Source: Azolla caroliniana
Taxonomy: Eukaryota; Plantae; Polypodiophyta
DNA length: 64,000 bases
Assembly (NCBI GenBank): GCA_043228905.1
Contig: JBHGNT010000018.1
Location: 3,348,001-3,412,000 of the forward strand
Reading direction: 5' to 3'
The notes beneath the pieces are model-generated. The model saw only the letters and a program-made list of their open reading frames with translations, did no database searches and was not told the origin of the DNA. Of this stretch, positions 60,807-64,000 are shown piece by piece (within the stretch, counting starts at the first letter, position 1; every line of letters starts with the position of its first letter). The translations under genes and the position numbers were made by a program.

Positions 60807-63639
60807 GACATTGATATTTTAATGTCCTAGAAGGTCAAAAACATGTACGAGGACACAAACACAACATAATAAAATACAATATCCTTTGCTTTTGATTAGG
60901 GTGTAACCACACATGGCTCATGTATTTTCTTAAGATCGTTCCTATGCTTTAGTAGACACAATAGACAAACCTCGTATGTGCCTAATAAGCGCAATTTGGT
61001 GTGTCCAACCTCGAATAAGCTCACATGGAGGTTGATGCATGTGGTAATTGAATGTGGGACAAGTTGTTGGATCGTACTAAATCATGCTTTAAATCAAGTG
61101 TTAGATGACGATCCTAATCCTAGATCTCATTGTTAGAGTAGACTATCCAAATGCAATTTCCTCTACAAGTCTTTCCCAAGCTCCGTTTTCAATTCCAAGT
61201 TCATGATTACAAGTATGAGGAGGCCAATTGATTATTGATCTAAGTCCTATGTTAAATGGCATGGGGTGAGTAAATATGCATTTGCCTTGTGATAGGTGGT
61301 CAAAGTTCTTGGGATTTTGTAGTATAGGAGTACAACATTATGCTTTTTGGTATCCAATCGATTATTGATCTAAGTACTATGTTAAATGGCATGGGGTGAG
61401 AAAATATGCATTTGCCTTGTGATAGGTGATCAAATTTCTTGGGATTACAACAACTAATTTTTGGTATCCTCCCTCCATTTATTTGTGACCGCATCGATAG
61501 GGCATGATTTCTTGTGTGTCATGACCATATCAAATGTGTGCAATTCAAATAGTGTTACCACATTCCATGTTTTAAACCGTTTGCATGTATTGTGTACCAA
61601 GCTAGAGGAGAGATTCTTGCTTTTATTTGTCTTCTAAAATTTGCTACTAATTGTCAAAGGCATTAGAATATCAAGGTAGAGGACAATTTGGAGAGGATGA
61701 GAGAATAATCAAAGAGGATTTAGATGATGAGATTTGGATGACAAGAGTAACCATTCATAACCCAAGAACTTGTGTGGGGTGAAGATGGCAACAAGAGAGG
61801 AGAATGGAATTAGACAATGAAATGAGTCAAGGGATAAGCAAATGATTAAACAAACCAATACTAATTTTGATATGCTAGAGATTAATTAGGGTAACTTTTT
61901 ATACACTTAGATTTACATATGTAGAATAAATGTGACTTCTTACAGCTTTCCAAGAATTTATAACATTGCAATTTCACTCCCCTACAACTTTACAATATTC
62001 CAATAAATTGTGGTCATGAGGTTACAATCCCTGCCTTTGCTTTCCTCCATCCTTTATTCAGCCACAAACTTTTGTACCCTTATGATTTATCATATCATCT
62101 AGTTTGATAGCTCTTACCCTCATTTCGAGGAGCATCACTTAGAGTATGATGTGGTTGCCTTGACCCAAACGTGGCATCATAGAAACATCTTGTGTATTTT
62201 CTTGATGTCATTCCCTCTAGAATGAGGCATGCATACTTCCTTCCCATGGTCGCACCATATGATAGCAAGAGATTGATGACAAATGCATTGAAATGACTTA
62301 TCTTTGCTTGGCATCAACGAGGTTTATGGAGATTGCATTTGGATTCAAAGACTTGACAACTTGACAACTTGCCCTATTTTCAATCAGTGTTCTATGCATG
62401 TGCCCCAATCATGATTAGCAAGGAGATTGATGCTTGATATTTTGAAAGCCCTCACATGTGCTATAACATTATCTTTATAAGTGAGGCATGAGTAAACAAT
62501 GTAGCTTGGCCTTGACTATCATGTGTATGAGTTTTCCCTACATTTATTAATGGGTTACTCTCGTTACAAAAATCCTCAAAGGTATGAATAAAGTGCCCAA
62601 GAGCATTGACATCCCATGGGAAGAACATGATGTTGTTTGCACAAGAAGTAGAATAGCCAAATAGACTCTATTCCCTTACGCCTCAAGGATAATGAGATGG
62701 TATGTGGCTAGTTTCAATCTAAAATTGCCTTGGCCTATAGCTCTTTTGTCATGTTTCTCTACTTACTTACAAATCTCTTTTGCAAGATTGAAGAGTTTTA
62801 TAAACATTGATCCTATCATGATAGTATTGTAGTTAGAATCTCAGTATAAACATAGAGCCTACCATGATAGTATTGTCATTAGAATCTCACAATTGTTTCC
62901 AAATGTGCAATCTACCCATGTGTGTATGTGACGCTATTTGTGTTAGTTCAAGTGTTATCACACGTGCGTGTAGATCCACAAATGTAGGGTAGTATGGATG
63001 AGAGGCAAAGAATTTTTATGTGATTATACCCACCTACATATGGACTTCTGTATTAGACTCTTATGGCATGCTCTACTTCAAAGAAAGATCAAAATGTGGC
63101 TTAATCATCTAATGGTTCTAAGTTTAACTATTACAAATGATGTTAACTCTAGTTCCTCTACATATAAGAAATTCAACGAGTTGTGTGACTAATTTAAAAA
63201 ACGCGATGATTTGATTGAAATGAATTCTTTGAGTTGTTTTAACATTATTATATATTTTATGTATGGATTTGATGGCCAATTATTTGTGATTCATTAGAGT
63301 AGGTGAAAATTTTGAGAATCTTATTTGGTTGATTGTTTAGAAATTTTCTGACCCAATTGAATTGTTAAGTTGAGCCTAAGTAAGTAACTTTTTTACCATT
63401 ATTTGTGGTCTTGTGATCATGGTTTGATGTTCATTCATTATTCTTTAACAAAATCTACCTTAAATTTCATTTGCTTTTAGTACCTCCCTTTGCATGTTCA
63501 TGATATCTTTTGGTCTTTCAAGTTCCATTCATTTATCATATGCATTGCATGAACATATAAAGGTTAAAAAACAAGAAACCTCTTGAACTTACTACATATG
63601 AATGGTTGCGCGAAATTATAGGTTGTGAAAAACATTGAA

Positions 63640-64000
63640 ACTACATAAAATAAAGTTGATGTTGCAAAAAATGCAATATTTGGAAATTTATGGCGAATCT
63701 TAGTCATTCTTCCTCAAATCATTTAAATTTTGGGTGAAGCTTTCAAAATTCTTTGTCATAGAAATAGCCAAACATTTTCTTGATTTGTGACAACAGTCAT
63801 TGAGGAGTAACGTGAGCGTGTGCATGTGGTGGAATAAACAACATAAAATAAAGTCGATGATGCAAAAATGCAATATTTGGATTTTTTTGGTGAATATTAG
63901 TCATACTTCCTCGATTCATTTAAAAATTGGGTCAACCTTTCAAAAATCTTCATCATAGAAATAGCCAAACATTTTCTTGATTTGTGTCAACAGTCATTGA
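63640..64000. repeat. ~195-bp tandem duplication running to the window end
   Basis: acataaaataaagt.gatg...gaaatagccaaacattttcttgatttgtg.caacagtcattga occurs twice. Confidence 0.8.

Noticed and set aside
61220-61450. ~134-bp duplication
   Set aside because: Ordinary local tandem duplication with no further structure.

Overview
AT-rich nuclear DNA of a land plant, probably a fern or other non-seed plant (inferred from a Tcn1-like chromovirus and plastid fragments with editing-type codons). Two host genes are convergent: the 3' part of PRL1/PLRG1 (WD40, +, 619-4576) and a 71-aa COA5/PET191 gene (-, 16956-6698) that the ORF track misses and whose 9.6-kb intron holds several TEs. From about 20 to 54 kb a decayed tandem array of tRNA-Asn-like units is split by nested insertions: a Ty3 chromovirus, L1 fragments, rearranged Copia elements and a mosaic of plastid DNA. 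The main find is a TIR DNA transposon at 37962-52862 with a 4-bp TTTT TSD; removing it restores a plastid rpl16 reading frame. It carries a Sola-like DDD transposase and, divergently, an intron-containing gene fusing a ParB/Srx-like domain to a prokaryote-type beta-class N4C/N6A DNA methyltransferase, with eight ~25-bp palindromes between them. This copy is pseudogenised and interrupted by a young Tork-like Copia. Family assignments come from motif recognition by eye, not from database searches.
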